NCBI RefSeq assembly: GCF_964355755.1
Contig: NC_092676.1
Coordinates: forward strand, 13,782,871-13,846,870
Source: Antedon mediterranea
Taxonomy: Eukaryota > Animalia > Echinodermata
Reading direction: 5' to 3'
DNA length: 64,000 nucleotides
Shown: positions 1 through 14,815 of the stretch, piece after piece
Position numbering within the stretch: the stretch's first letter is position 1
Layout: the number at the start of each line of letters is the position of its first letter
Notes under the pieces: generated by a model
The model's input: only the letters and a program-made list of their open reading frames with translations
Database searches by the model: none
Told to the model about the DNA's origin: nothing
Made by a program: the position numbers and the translations under genes

Positions 1-961
1 CGCGTTTTTGGTGAAAAAGTTCAAAAATTCGTCAAAATTATGCCTATTTTTAAACATTCATAGATTCTAAACTACATGGAGAACTTTTTTTTAATTAGAT
101 ATTCTGGAAGTTGATGAGTTGTAGATATCGTATCATACATTAATATGGCTAACCGGACATTGTGACGTCATCGTATGGCCACGCGAATATAAAATATAGG
201 ATTTTTGTCTCTTTCGTCATAGCTCATCACATTTAATAGAGCGCATCTCCACTTATTCGTTGTCCATTTTCACCCCGATTTTAATATATTCTAGGTCAAT
301 CAACTATCTTTTGCATGAATTAAAATTTTTTTAATTTTTTTAACGTCATCATGCCTAAAAATTTAAATTACGTTGGTCATTAATTTCATCTTTACAGTAA
401 ATTTTAATCTGTTATACCTCGTAAGAATAAAATGTGATAATCACGATTAAAACGTTTTCAGGAAGCTATTGCATTGTAGATACAAAATCATGTGTAAATT
501 GTGCCAATCGAATGTTGTGACGTCATCATATGGCCAGTTAAATAAAAAAGTCGTATTTTCATCTTTTGCATTATATTTCATTACATTTAAAAGAGCGCGC
601 ATCAATATTTCACGTATTCAAATTTCTTCTACACGTTAATATGTTGTTGCTGAGATAATTTCATTCAGAAATTTCTACTTTTGCATTTTATTTTGAAACC
701 GTCAAGATGTTAAAAATTACAATAAAATACGGGTCCCGTAATTTCACCTATTTTACACTGTTTGTGATATGTATACAGATTGTACTGTGTATACTATATG
801 ACACAAAATAACAGAATTCAGAAATAACAACATATCATATTCTTCAGTTCAGGTCATAATGCCTTAATATTTTTTTGTGTGCAATATTCTAACGTATGAC
901 GTGCACGTGGCGTTTGTCGAGCGGATAACTAACTCGTCAAAGTGACGAGTTTCATGTCTAG
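1..961 (+). mobile_element. Non-autonomous Helitron-like repeat, 3' part (copy A)
   Basis: Ends in a 9-bp-stem hairpin AACTCGTCA-aag-TGACGAGTT (931-951) then CTAG (958-961)|T. Homologous to ~49930-50615 + 63188-63446, to ~2300-3100, and to reversed ends near 10630 and 11701. Confidence 0.65.
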
Positions 962-963
962 TC

Positions 964-1741
964 TTTTTAGTCGCGTGGAAGCGACTCTATAGTTCACTAT
1001 GTCGGTCGGTCGGTCTGTCTGTCTGTCTGTCTGTCTGTCGGTCCGGTATCACTATGCGTTTTATCGCTTTAAGACATTATCTTGATATCAGTTTAATCTA
1101 GCTAGGTCAATTTTTCACAGTATATTCCTTATGGCCAGGAATCAATGTGGTTATGTATTCACGGTGCGCAATAAAAAATTACGCGGTCTACGCACGATTT
1201 AACGAAATCACGTTTGTAATCATATCTTCACAACCATGAATCACAATTAAATAAAATGTGGTACTCATAAATTTCAGGGCATAAATCATCATATGGCAAT
1301 ACAATTACGTGCGTAGCGCATGTAACGCATGCGTACGCGCGCTTAACATTTTCAAAATTTATTTTCGAAGAAATAAGAGTACATTTCAGGCAATTTTAAG
1401 CGTTTACAAAATTGCCATGAGTGCGCATATTTTTGCGCGCGCACTGCGCGTTAAATGTTATTGCGCACTCTTTTTGCCCGATTTCTGTTTTCTTGACTTA
1501 CTTTTCAACTCGAAATTACGTTATACGAGCACGTCGAAAGTGACAGGCTACGCACGTGTAAATTTAAAAAAAATAAATGTTTTTAAACATTTCAACATTT
1601 TTAAACATGTTCAGTAATTTCGGTCAGTATAGTTCACTATGTCGGTCGGTCGGTCTCTCTGTCTGTCTGTCTGTCGGTCTGTCTGTCGGTCCGGTATCAC
1701 TATGCATTGTAGCACGCGACTTAATGGCTGTTGGCCTTGTT
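964..1741 (+). mobile_element. HINE / DINE-1-like non-autonomous Helentron
   Basis: Starts TTTTT-AGTCGCGTG...GCGACT (subTIR plus partial IR), then (GTCG/GTCT)n microsatellite. Ends in 3' subTIR CACGCGACT and small hairpin GGCTGTTGGCC, then TTGTT. Nearly identical in inverted orientation to ~42290-43060. Confidence 0.85.
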
Positions 1742-1744
1742 ATT

Positions 1745-3240
1745 GTTTCTGTACACTATTTTGTGTAACAATTATCTCAAAAAGTTTAATGTCAATGATC
1801 ACCAAAATTTCAGAATATCTTTCAAATAATATAACTTAATTCTAATAAGCTTTCCAGCGTGATCACTCATCCGTGACGTCATTTATACGCCATTTTGCAA
1901 AATCACATTATCATTATATTAATATCTCCATAATTCATTATCACATATTAATGAAATTCACTACACGTAAACTTCAGGTCAAGGGTAAAAATATTAGCAA
2001 ATAAAAACGCACGCGCACGTAGGGTCATTCGCGTGAAATCGCGCGTTAAAAATTTAAAACGCTCAAAATTAAGTTTTGATCAATTTAGAGCATGAATTAG
2101 GCCATTTGCGTGTTTCGAAAAATTACTGCGCAAAAAAAAAATTTGCGCGCGCGATACTTAAAAAGCGTAAAAAATATGAATTTTTTTTACAAATCTCATT
2201 CTACTCACCATCCTTAGTACATTCACCAAATTTGAGTCAGTTCCGACTTAAAATAACGCTATACGAGCAGGTTAAAAATGACAAAATGCGCAAATTAATT
2301 GCATCAAAGTGATGAAAATGGTGAAAAATAAGGCCTTTTTAAAATGAATATAACTCTTCAGAATGGCAGGTGACCCCCAATTTTTTTAACTTATTCGGGA
2401 AGCCATTGGGTTGTAGATACATATTCATGTACACATTAGACGTACAAAATGGTATGACGTCATCAAATGGCCACTTCAATTTAAAAATTAGTAATTTTTA
2501 TCTTTTTGTGGGGGTTTTCACATTCAATAGAGCGCATCTCCGTTATTTGAGCCCAATTTTCGCAGAAATTTTAGTATGTGCTTGGCTCAAATAATTATCT
2601 TTCTCATGAGTTGTCAACATTTTTATTTTGATGACGTCATCACGCGGAAAGACTTGAATAACCTAGGTCGTGTAATTTCAGCTACACCATACATTTGAAT
2701 ATCTTATAGCTCTTCAGAATTAAAGGTGACCTTGAAGATTATAACTTATTATGAAAGCTGATGAAATGTAGATTTGAATTCATATAAAAATTAAGCCTAT
2801 CGGATGTTGTGATGTTATCATATGGCCAGTTGAAGTTAAAACGTTGTTTTTAAATTTCTTTAGTCGAAGTTATACAAATTTCAAAGAGCGCGCATTGCGC
2901 TTCTACGTGTCAAATTCTCTTCCAATCCTTTTATTTATTTGCTCAATTCATTATCTTTCGAAATTGTCATCTTCGAGTTTATTTTGATAATTCAATCATA
3001 CCAAAAAATTTGATCATGATGTGGGTCCGTAATTTCACCTATGCTACACTGTATATAGATATACAGTATATACTGTACATATTGTATATGACACATAATA
3101 GGTACAACTCAGCACTATAAGTGTATATGCATCATGTCATAGGATGGCGTACATCAGCTTTTTACGATCGTATGTTAACGTACGTGCATGTTTAAAAACA
3201 CCTTGGTTAACCTTTGACCACATAAACTGATCTTAAAACC
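1745..3240 (+). mobile_element. Diverged copy of the Helitron-like repeat family (copy B)
   Basis: Shares blocks with 1-961 and 49525-50615 (AGAGCGCATCTCC, TGACGTCATCA, GGGTCCGTAATTTCACCTAT); boundaries approximate. Confidence 0.5.
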
Positions 3241-4934
3241 CAAAACTGAAGATGGCATCCACCCTACTGTTTTTGTCACCCCACAAAGGATACATTAAAC
3301 GTCACGGTTGAGAAGGTGTTTTCACACAGATCGCGAGGAAGTTTTATGATTATACATACAGAGTAGCCAAACAAGCACGTTGCATTATGAGATATGTTTT
3401 GATCGAAAACTTTGACTGGAAGTCAAAGTTATATTTTGAACAAAAAAACGTCTGTATTTCAGTTAAATGATTTTTTTTTCGACTAATTTTTGGTGAAAGT
3501 TAATAACTATTATGATACGTCAAAATGACCTACTTTTTTTTTTTAATATTTTGTTAACATTTTTTTGGAATTATTCAAAGGGACAATACATCTTTAAATA
3601 TTTATCGTATTTATGATGTTTATATTAGTATTTAATTGTTTTAAATATTTTCCTAATGTAATTTAGTATTTAAATGTTGACAATTTCCCGATGCAATATA
3701 GTATTTAAAGATGTTTAATTTAACTCATAATGTTTAAGATGTGTAACTTATCTCACCGTAAAATGTTTCAAAAATTCCTGATGTACCCTATAGTATTTAA
3801 GATGTATATTATTAATATAATTTATCATATTTAAAATGTTTAAATTTACGGTAACTTAGTATTTAGAATGTATTATATTAAGATATTTTCCTAATGTAAT
3901 GTAGTAATAATGTTTAATTTAACTCATAATATTCATGGTATTTAAAAATAATTATTAATACTTCATTGGCAGCGCGCCATAAATTAATACGATCGTTCGA
4001 CCTTCGGCGTACGTCACTACGTGTGTGGGTCCGCTGGGCCGGTTGTATAGCTTGCTAGCTAGGCCTAGTCTAGGTGGCCTAGCGATCGCTGACTTAGGTT
4101 CGTGCGTGTGATTGTTTCGTTTTTGCGTATGAAAAAAACATTTCAAAACACCAAGGTATCTTAGGTAATAGAAACCATTGATTAAAGTATGATTTTTCAT
4201 AGTTTTATTATTGTCGGCAATGTGGGATTCGGCAAACTGGAGTCGGCAACTGGGAGTCAGCAAACTGGGAGTCGGCAAACTGGTCAGATACCAGCAAATC
4301 AAAGCCTCTCATAGTATCATGATAAAAAAAACAATACTTCATAGGTTCGTGATAAAAAATCAATGCCGAGTAGGCTATGAAGGGTTACACGTGGGAACGA
4401 AGCAGTAATTAATAACTGTACTGTATGTCATTGTCAAGCAATTCTATGCTCTGTGTACAGCAGAACCACGATGTTTAGCAGTTATCAGATTGGTATTGGG
4501 TTAGGATTTATCCTGTAAATTTTAGTGTTAGGTTTTTATATTTCAGTTAATTTTGCTAGTTCTTTAATATAATAACATAACATAGGCGATTAGCTAGGGA
4601 TGCCTATTGTTGTAGGTTGGCATGGAACTAGGCCTAGGTTAGCAAGAAGCTAGGCCTTGGTGAAATTTCTATTTTTTTAATTGCAGACTGCCGACCTTGG
4701 CGAATTTAAGTTTGGCTTTTTTTCTGAAATTCGTGGGCTGGTCAAGTGTAACCAATGATTTTCTATCAGCGAATTTTTTTCACAGAACATGCGAAGGAGG
4801 TGAAAATCAGAAGTAAAAAGTGATGAAAATAGGGTGCATAGGCCAGCATATATTTCATAAAACAAAAAATTTATTAAAAAAAGACTACAATCTTTAGAAA
4901 TAATTGCTAGGAATACTGTAAACATAAACAATAA

Positions 4935-5123
4935 AGCCTGTTTTCCTGGCTATCGTTAACAATAATCAGCGATCTTCTACGTAAACATTGAAATGGTAAC
5001 GATTTACAGGAAAAGGTACTCGCTATCGTTATCATTTCAACTTGATCGTTTTCAAACGATCGTCGTTGAACTGTTAACGATCAACGACGATAGCGTCGAA
5101 TAACGTCGACAGGAAAACAGGCT
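4935..5123. mobile_element. PIF/Harbinger (Tourist-like) MITE
   Basis: TIR AGCCTGTTTTCCTG / CAGGAAAACAGGCT, TAA on both sides. Confidence 0.8.
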
Positions 5124-7056
5124 TAAAGAACCCCCAAAACAAATATATTGACTTTAGTGGCCGGATATACCTCGACCCTTTCTAACTGGGAGTCAAGTCG
5201 GTATATACTGGTTATATTCCTGGCACGATAACCCTGTTAATAGATACAGTATATGCCGATAATGATGCAGACACAATGCCGGTATCTATACCTGAATCAG
5301 CTGGCACGCCTGTGAGAAAAGGGCTACACTTACTTAAATTTGTGAGGATATGTGTACTCTTCTTCTCGTCGTTTGAGTATTTCTTCACGTACACCTGCTG
5401 GCTTCACAATGGGTTTAACCTTAGCATATCCAGTATCACTTTCTAGACCATCTAAACTTCTGCTTCTAATGTAATCAAATTTAATGTTATCTATCTTCCT
5501 TTTTCTATCTAACTTCAATTGCTAATTTCAAGGCATTTTTCAGTAATTACCGAAACAGTCATAACAAAATATTTAAATGTGCGTTATGTTTGTTTGGGCT
5601 TTCTTTCACAATAAACAACATATCGCATGCATCACACGTATTACCTGAATTTGCTTATGACGAATTTAATGACTGGTTAGATTATATTTACATATTAAAT
5701 AGAATAAGTCACTTTTTTATAGAATGTTTCTTTTCAAAACTGAACTCTGAAAAGAGAATCCCGTATTATAAACAATCAAATATCAGATAATTAACTTACA
5801 AGAATTTTGCTTTCAAAAGATTACTCTCTGTGATACTTGGAAATGAAGTATTAGTTTTATGTACATTTAAATCTGCAAAATTATCTTCAAATCCAAGTGA
5901 AGACTGATTTGTAGATTTTGAAGACATACTTTCAGATGTGAGATAAAATGAACCTAAAAATAAATTGATATAACAATGTCTATGAGAATATAGTTTCCAA
6001 TTGTTCATGGCATTATTTTAGTATAAATTTAACAAGAATAAGTGTCAAATTGAATTATTTCAACACATGCTATTGAAATTAAATTACAAATACAAACATG
6101 CAGGTAATGATAAAAACTAAAAAATAAAAAGAATGCAAAAGTAAACTAAATATTATTACATTAATGTAATGTATAATTCAAATATTCTACAATAATTACA
6201 CAAAATGCAAAACAAGGTGCTGAGACCAAAGTTAAACATGTGTTTAATATTTTTTTTAATTAAAACCCTTAATCAAAATTGGCTGTTAAAAATGCAAGCA
6301 CGTCCCTGATGTCAAGTTGCTTTCTATACCTGTGTTACATCGAGTTTGGTGATCATCATTGCCAAGGTAGTTATCATTGACATAACTAGTAAAACTAGAT
6401 TCAATCATATGGAGATCATCTACGTAACTAGGTATAGGTGCTGGAGGATGCATTATCCTAGGCCAAGCCAAGTGTCGATTGAAAGCAGTGGTTGAATGTA
6501 ATGTTCGTTGGCAAGAGTCATTTGTAGGGGGAACTTTGAGCTTACAAGGCCAAGCTAGTATTAATAGTGATAAGCAAAAATATTTTAATTTATAAACAAA
6601 TATGATTATCTTTTGATCATTTTATTTTTATATAACATTCTTTATCGAGTAGCAACCTGATATTTAGTAGCGCAGAATGACCGGATGGTTTCCTGGGGTG
6701 TCATAAGTAAGAATACTCATAAGGCGCCTTCGGTAAATTATTTCAAACGACAAGAACGCGTTCAGGCACGTTTGCTATTGTATTACGACAAAGGTCGTAA
6801 AGACGCGTTTGGCAGACCATTTGGGGGAACCCCGTTTGGACGCGTTTATTCACGTTTGGCATGTTGCTCCGCCCCATTGAACGTTTGACTGAGCAGCATT
6901 ATTGTTTGTCATTTTGTACGATTCCTTCATTGAGGATAATTTCCAGATAATGGTATATTGTTCTTTACACGCCCGCCGTTTGTCAAGACGTACGTTACAT
7001 AAAAATTACACCTAGGCTAGGACACCAACAAAATATATGCAAGATAAATATATATT

Positions 7057-7255
7057 CCCGGTCAACTACCCCTCCCCCGGTCAACTACCCCTCCCCCGGT
7101 CAACTACCCCTCCCCCGGTCAACTATTCCCCGGTCAACTATTCCCCGGTCAACTATTCCCCGGTCAACTATTCCCCGGTCAACTATTCCCCGGTCAACTA
7201 TTCCCCGGTCAACCACCCCCCGGTCAACCAGGGGGGGGGGTGGTTGACCAGGTTA
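7057..7255. repeat. 15-18 bp tandem array (CCCCGGTCAACTATT), MITE-like
   Basis: About 10 units followed by an inverted unit GGTTGACC. Confidence 0.8.
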
Positions 7256-7504
7256 TTGAAGCATTGTCTTGACGCAAAAATTATTATTATTATTAGCGAA
7301 CCCAATCTTTACAGTAAATACAGGGAGTACTATATAATACGTTCGACTATCCTATGATCATGTGTGACAATCTTCAGTTTATACCAGGCTATGTTCAATC
7401 TTTTACTTTTGTTTACAATAATGAATAGTAATTCGTAAAAGTAACGAATTAAAATATAGTTATTAATTCCTATTATACACTGTTGCAGAGTCATGTTGTT
7501 GAAT

Positions 7505-7945
7505 GGTCTGGGTGGTAGTTGTCCGTCCGGGGGGTAGTTGTTGGATAGTTGTCTGGGTGGTAGTTGTCCAGGGGTTAGTTGTCCTACGGAGGTAGTTGTC
7601 CTAAAAGATTATTTGCCCTCGGAGTATTGTCCAGGAAGTAGTTGTCCTACGGGAGTATTGTGTCAGAGGTAGTTGTCCGCGGGGTAATTACCCGGGGGGG
7701 GGGAGGTAATTGTCCGGGGGAGATTGTTCCTAGGGGGTAATTGTCCGGGGGCTGGTTGTCCAGGGGGTAGTTGTCCAGGGGGTAGTTGTCCTAAGGGGGT
7801 AGTTGTCCTAAGGGGGTTGTTGTCCTAAGGGGGTTGTTGTCCTAAAGGGGTAGTTGTCCTAAGGGGGTAGTGGTCCAGGTGGTGGTTGTCCAGGGGGTAG
7901 TTTTCCGGGGGGTAAATGTCCAGGGGGTGAATATCCAGATACGGT
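7505..7945. repeat. GGGGTAGTTGTCC-type subterminal repeat array
   Basis: Many degenerate 15-19 bp units; probably one arm of a TIR transposon. Confidence 0.75.
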
Positions 7946-10900
7946 GTGCTCATCATGGAGGAGAAAATCCGTGGTGTACATGTGTGATTGCATGGACATT
8001 ATGATTTTCCATCAACATTGTTTGTTGTTATATAGAATCTCATTCACCAAAAGGAATTTTAGGCTACGATTGTTTTAACGCACCATAATAAATAAAAAAT
8101 GGTGTTTAGTACAGAGGCTAGGCCCAAGTCTGGGATTCAGTAAAGTAGTTAATTCGATGGCTTTTAGCTAGCTAGGAATAACCTAAATCGACCACAATCA
8201 ATATGCCGGCCGGCCTAGTAAAAAGTAACTAGGCCTAGCCCTAGCTGGGCCTAAAACTAAATATGGTACATTCATTGTGAAAATAAGCTAGCTATTGCAT
8301 TATTTTAATAACCTACTCAGGCTAGTATATCAACTCCCTGGCTGGTATAGTATAATAAATATATATAGTATAGTATAAGCTTAATACGGTCGAATGGAAA
8401 AACAGTATGTGAATAAGGTGCTTATCATCGTTGCAGGGTTAGGGGGTGCAAACAAAACATTCAACAGCCCGATAAATGAGTGAAAAACAACGGGCTAAAA
8501 TCGTAACTCTGTAAATACTCATCAATTTTATCCATTCAAAAACTAAATTAATGTGCCTCTTGCTAAAAAAAAATGTTTTTAACGATGCAATCGTGTTCTG
8601 ATAATATTTATGTAAAATTAATTATGTATAGCCAGAATTGCTTATCTAAGAGATTATCATAGCGTTTCCCATGGTTCAAACACCGTACTGTTCAAATAGA
8701 TTTCTTTCAGATTACCGACGATTTTTTAACTTTTATCTGAAATATAAATTGATATATCTAGTATTTAGTAACGGTAAATAGCGCAATATTAATACTGTCA
8801 TAATAATATGAAGATACGATTTAGTGATGCTTATAAACGATTGATTCGTGTAAACGTGATTTGGCGCCAAGTAGCTAGCGAGATAGAAGGTAATGCAAAG
8901 CGACGATTTGCTGTCACTCGCTCGCGATCAACTGGGCCTAGCTAAATTGCGGTTATTTTTACAATTTGTGAACTGCCGATCGGTTATATAATCATTGCGC
9001 TACAAATACAGCATTGTACATTTTATTTCACTTTAAAATCTACGAAAACCGTTTGTTTATGCTTCACCATATTATTAATAGTAGACGTTGTTTTAGCTTC
9101 ACCGTATAATTACCGTGATGTTTGCCGCGAAAGGGGGTTCCCCGATTAGTTTGCAAGAGTCCGAGATAATAGAAAACGCAACTCTGTGACAAAAACGTGT
9201 TTGAACGTCGATGTTTTGTTTGAACTGGCAAGACAAAGGGAAGCCGTTTGCGTGACACAAACGCGCTACAACGCTCCGGCTCCGTTTGGAAAGGCGTGTC
9301 GAGAACGTGGTCCTACTCATGAATATTCAATTAGATGCACTAATTAGAACGGTTGATTGTCAAACACGTTTCAACGACGGTCAAAATCGAAACGCGTTCT
9401 TGTTGTTTGAAATAATTTACCGAAGGCGCCTAAGTAAGAGGGCAGTATTTTGACTATTTTATTTGATCAAATTGCCAGTGGTTGTGTTCAACTGAATCTG
9501 GTGTAATCAGCAAATGTATTCAGATACAATAACATTTTATTTTTATATTGGCAGTGAAAAGGGGGTAAAGTTTGATACTTACTATTGCCTTGACTTTCTT
9601 GAAAATTACTGCCATTCTTGTTAACATAGCTTTTGAATGAACTGCCTTGGTTTCCCATCAAATCTAGTTCTGTAAGATATGTACAACAAAACAGAATTAC
9701 ATTTTGAATCCTTTTTGAAACAGTGGCACATAATATTTGGAGAAAAAGATGTCATGTTTTGAGTTTTGTATTATTGTATGACTTGTCAATTGTATGGTAT
9801 GTTTCAATAAAGAAAGGCATTGTCAAATTAATGACAAAATAAACACAAGGCAGTCTCCTAGTACCACATGGAATGATTGTTACCTCAAATTAAACATGCT
9901 AATTTTATGACGTTTTAAAAACAGCCCTGTGACGTATTGTAGTGCTGAGAAATATTGATTCCTTGCACATGTAGTGGTATTGTATGGATTGTGCGAAAGT
10001 GATTAAACAAAACTTTACCTGGAAGTTGAAGTTTGATGGGGATTCTATATAGTTACAAAAGTGATCAGATGAGATGTCAGCAAGCATGCGCAACCTATGC
10101 CTTAAACATTTACTGACCATGTTGCATTGGAATAATAATAAAGGTGGCCATAAGATATGTTTTGTTGTGAAATTATAAACTTACCAGCATAAGCACTGGA
10201 GTTAATATCAAAATCAATAAGGCTTGCAGTTCGCGGCTCTTTAATTGCATGTTTTCTTCGTAATTGTAAATCTTGACTTGGTGCAGATGGATCAACAGGT
10301 ACATTAATATAATGGTCCATTATAGCATGGGGATTTACGTAACTTGTTGGTCTTGTATTAGGTTGTGCAGGAGATGAAAATACATTTGTTTGAATGAATG
10401 GGTTATTTCTTTGTTGTTGAGTTGACTGGGGTGGGAAATTAATAGCTGGTGGATGACCTTGACTTTCTGGTCTTTGAGATTGGGAATTGGTTGTGGTATA
10501 CAGCATCGGTGAACGTCCTGTTTGATTTGAATATTTGGAAAGCCATTGGAATTGTGGTGAAATGCCTTTGGTTATCTTGGAAATGGAATCTAAAAACATA
10601 AAAGTATATTAAGTAACTGTAGCCATAAATAAATAGAATTTAATTTGTCCCTTTGTCGAATTATAGGTGATAATTGTTATAATTTTATTGACATTTAATT
10701 TAAAAAAATATGTAAACAGTTGAAAAAAAATGTTAAACAATTCTTAATAATTTGAATGCATTTTATTAATATTGAATATTATTTGTATTTTATACCCGAT
10801 TAAACAATTAAAATGTAAATACTCACTGAATGTTGAATCCTTCATTTGTGCAACAAAACTCGATGTATTCTGGTTGTAGACAACTTCAAAATTCAATTGT

Positions 10901-11700
10901 AGATTATTTGTAATTATTTGCATTGGTATATAAGAGCCAATTTCCTTATTTTCTGAAATGTATTAAATATTTAAAATATTAAAAACATTTGAAGAAAACC
11001 AAATACAGTTATAAGTTGTCAAAAATTAACCACTGACTTATTTTCAGTTATGGATAATCATCACTCTAGCTTTACGATCAACCTTCATGAGCTAGGTTCC
11101 TGAACTTAACCACCCACTGTAACTACTGACAAACAAGTTTTCTACATCTCATTCTCATGCAAAAGTTAATGTAAGCTTTCTTCACCCAACTGACTTGGGG
11201 TGGGGTTTGAAAACGAGCTATTTCATTTCTTAAAAATAAAAAGTAACCAAATAGTAAATTGTAAAAAAAAATCGATTACTCCTTATTTAATAATATTTAT
11301 AACTGGGAGTCTTTGTGAAAGGATTCTGCATTCACAACAGTAAACAAAATTATTAACAAAACCAATATTAATAATTTGACCATAGCTGGTGATAAGCAGG
11401 TACAAAATAATTATTTGTATTCTATAATCTATAAAAAGCAACATTTTTTTTATACATGTCCTGTAGACGAATATAATTATATTAAGACTTACCAACATGA
11501 TAGCTGTATTTAAAGTGTCCTTTAATGGGAATGATGTTACAAATAGTCAGATCTAATCCACTATTGATGTTTCCATTGTGAGTAAAGACGAAGAAGCTGT
11601 ATTCAATTCGATATAATATTGATATTATTATACATTTCCTAGCAATTCAAGCATGCATGCAGGATAATCAGCGTACAATTTCTTAAATAACAATTATCAA

Positions 11701-12010
11701 ACTAGAATTTAATTTGTCACTTTGACGAATTATAGGTGATCATTTTTATCATTTTACTGAAATTAATTTTTTTCAAAACATACACGTATGTTAACAATAA
11801 CATACGATCGGAAAATGTTGATGTATGCCATCCTATTATACGCAAGTTATAGTGCCGAGTTGTGCCATATAAAATATGTACAGTATATACTGTATATACA
11901 GTGTAGCATAGGTGAAATTATGGGACACACATCATGTTCTAATTTTTTGGCATGATGACGTTATCAAACTAAACTTTAAGATGACAATTTCAAAAGATAA
12001 TTAATTGATT
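11701..12010 (-). mobile_element. 3' fragment of the Helitron-like family, reverse orientation
   Basis: Reverse complement reads ...AATTCGTCA-aag-TGACAAATT-aaattCTAG-T; body matches ~2950-3180. Confidence 0.55.
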
Positions 12011-13974
12011 TAGATATTCCTAATCTTCCTGAATATCCCATTGATTGCTTATCTATAAACTTGAGTTTAATCAGGAGGTTAAAAGCACATTAATGAAATT
12101 GATTCTCATAAGGCCTCAGGTAATGATGGTCTGAGTAATATTGTTTTGTCTTTAGCTGCCAAACCTCTTTCTTTCCCTTGTAAAATTTTATTTCAGTACT
12201 AGACTCGGGTACCCCGAGTAAAAATGTTGATTTTGTTATGAATGTATTTTGATGGAATCGTGAAGGATTTGTGTTGAAGATTGAGTTCGATGGGATATCC
12301 AGTTCAATTCCCTTATCTTGAGTAATGCCAACAAGACCACCAACCCATTTCAACTGTTTTCCTTCTGTTCTAGAGCCTGATCCGGGAAAAAAGCACTATT
12401 TAAATACAGATTTTTTTCTTTACATTCAAATTAATTGCATTCTTTTATTCTCTGTTATTGGGTCATCTACATCAAGCCAACCTGGTTCATTTGTATTAGA
12501 TGGCAATGTATCAGACGAGCATATAAATGAAAACCAGTCATGGGCAAAAACAAATCTGCAAGATACCTTCATAATAATATGTGTTATAATTACCATCAAA
12601 TCTCACTCTGGCATTTACTACTTTTAGCCAAATCAGAAATCTTCAATTAATATGTTTATAGGTTCAAAGTGACAATTGAAAACAACATTTGAAAATATGT
12701 TAGTTTAGAAATGAACTAAATGCATGACATAATTATCCTAGTGAACTCCCGGCTAGTCATGATGTGGAGGTTGTTCGAATCCCACATTACTTAAGTATTA
12801 ATTATGTATTCTAAAGTACAAATTACGTCAGAGCAGGGCAAAAACATCTAACCAATATTTATTATTGTAATGTAAATAGCTATTCTCTATGTCAATGGTC
12901 AATAACTTTACTTCCGGTCATTTTCTAACAAAACATTGCATTACAATAAATATAATGTATGGTTTGAGCAATTTGAGACCAAGGAGAAAGAAAAAGAAAA
13001 ATAGCATTTCCGGTTACATTTAGTCAAAATGGTCTATTACAACGAATATATATATATATTCCGAGTATTTTGATAACCAAAACATAAATGACCATGACCT
13101 ACGCTACAATAAAGTAGTGACGTACAGTATATTACTATAAACACAAATAATTGTTCTATTTTATTGAAGGTATTAATACTACATACAGTATTGTTTTTAA
13201 ACACATTTTATCATTAATATTATATGATAATTCAAAAACAAATCATTGTACCACGCTTGTAAAATATTCATACGCCAAGACCTCGTGTGTCGTCTCTGGC
13301 TGGCTCGATTTTCTCCACAGCCTGGAAATCGTGATTTTTCAACGAATTCTAACTTCGCGTAGAATTAATCAATTTTTACGATTTGAAATTGCAGATATAT
13401 CACTTTTTATTCATGGTTAAACAAATGGTATTATTATTTTATAGAAAAACACATTTTCAAACATTCAGTCACTTCATTTGACCATGATGGAGGAATTTGA
13501 TCTGAAACATTTCCCCAGTGATTTATTGACACTGCGTAAGGTCGCGCGGCCTATGCTTTTGATGTGTAATGTGATTAGATCGATTAGACTCTGGCAAAAC
13601 CTGGTTATAGAACCCGTCAAAAGCATCCTTTGACTGGTAGAATGGTAAGAGGGAAAGTTTCGGCATGCAATAGACAAAAAGGTTATGGAGATATGACCAG
13701 AGACAACTGAATGAAAATCCTTGTAAGCTATTCTCTATGTCAAAGGTCAATAACTTTGTTTATTTATCGCCAAACGCGATTACACAGTCAATATGATGGT
13801 ACTCGAGAATTTACTGGATTTTATGTTTAATGACAGGGACACGATAATCACGCAAAAAATACTCAGTCAATATCATCGTACTCGAGGAAATATACGATTT
13901 ACGATCCTCGCAGCAGTAGTCATGTGATGCAGTTTCAACCAATCACGTTCACGTATTTACATACTTTATATATA

Positions 13975-14815
13975 CCGTATATTTTGGTGTATAAGTCGCA
14001 CTTTTGACACGCAAATTTGACCTCAAAATTGAGGGTGCGTCTTATACACCGAACATAAATGCCTCACCACACAGATTGTACATATCGTCACCTCGTTGGC
14101 TAGGCCTGAGTAGGCTAGGCCTAGCTACAGTGTACTAACGTAACGGCAACCTGCTTCCGCCTAGTTTTCAAGGCATTTTAGCGTGATGTTATACTAAATA
14201 TGATGAAAAGATTTGTTCATTATGGAGCTGTTTTAGGCGCTCCGATAAAATTTCATTTGTAAACGTTTACGATTGGAATAGGCCTAGGCTAGTATTTATT
14301 TATAGTTATACGCACGACCGCCGTACCCCCAGCGCAAGCCCTTCTTGGCGGCCACATGGTGTACGGTATTCGACTAGTATATTCTCCAGTTGATTTAGCA
14401 TGGACCTAGCGTACACACTTCTCGGATACATAGATACTAATCGAATACGATTGTCCGTGAAAACGTGCGCCCTCTCGAAATGATCGAGCGAGGCTAGCCC
14501 ACACACGTGCGTGTTACACACACGGTCATGCACTCGATGTTGCGGGTGCAAAACTCATGAATAACAAGTTAGAAAGAACTTGTTGAGGTTGGCCGCGGCC
14601 AAGCCTAGGTAAGAAAAAACCTAAATAAAGGACGCCGTTGTAGATATAACAAAATATATTATTACAATAATATTGATTACAATTTAAAAAGACATTGTTT
14701 TGATAAAATATAAAGTGCGTCTTATACATCGATGATATAAAAAATACAAATATTTTACTCTCAGTTAGGGGGTGCGTCTTATACACAGGTGCGACTTATA
14801 CACCGAAATATACGG
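13975..14815. mobile_element. Tc1/mariner-pogo type MITE
   Basis: TIR CCGTATATTT.GGTGTATAAGTCGCAC at both ends, TA TSD, internal GGGTGCGTCTTATACAC repeats. Confidence 0.85.

Larger units (their letters stand above)
6723..9430. mobile_element. Non-autonomous PIF/Harbinger element with nested repeats
   Basis: ~40-bp TIR GGCGCCTTCGGTAAATTATTTCAAAC.ACAAGAACGCGTT at both ends; TAA TSD at 6720-6722 and 9431-9433. Confidence 0.85.

Noticed and set aside
1309-2594. Several short ORFs
   Set aside because: Fall in non-coding HINE and Helitron-like repeats; no recognisable motifs.
7037-7357. Pro-rich ORF with PVNYS repeats
   Set aside because: Translation of a 15-bp transposon-associated array.
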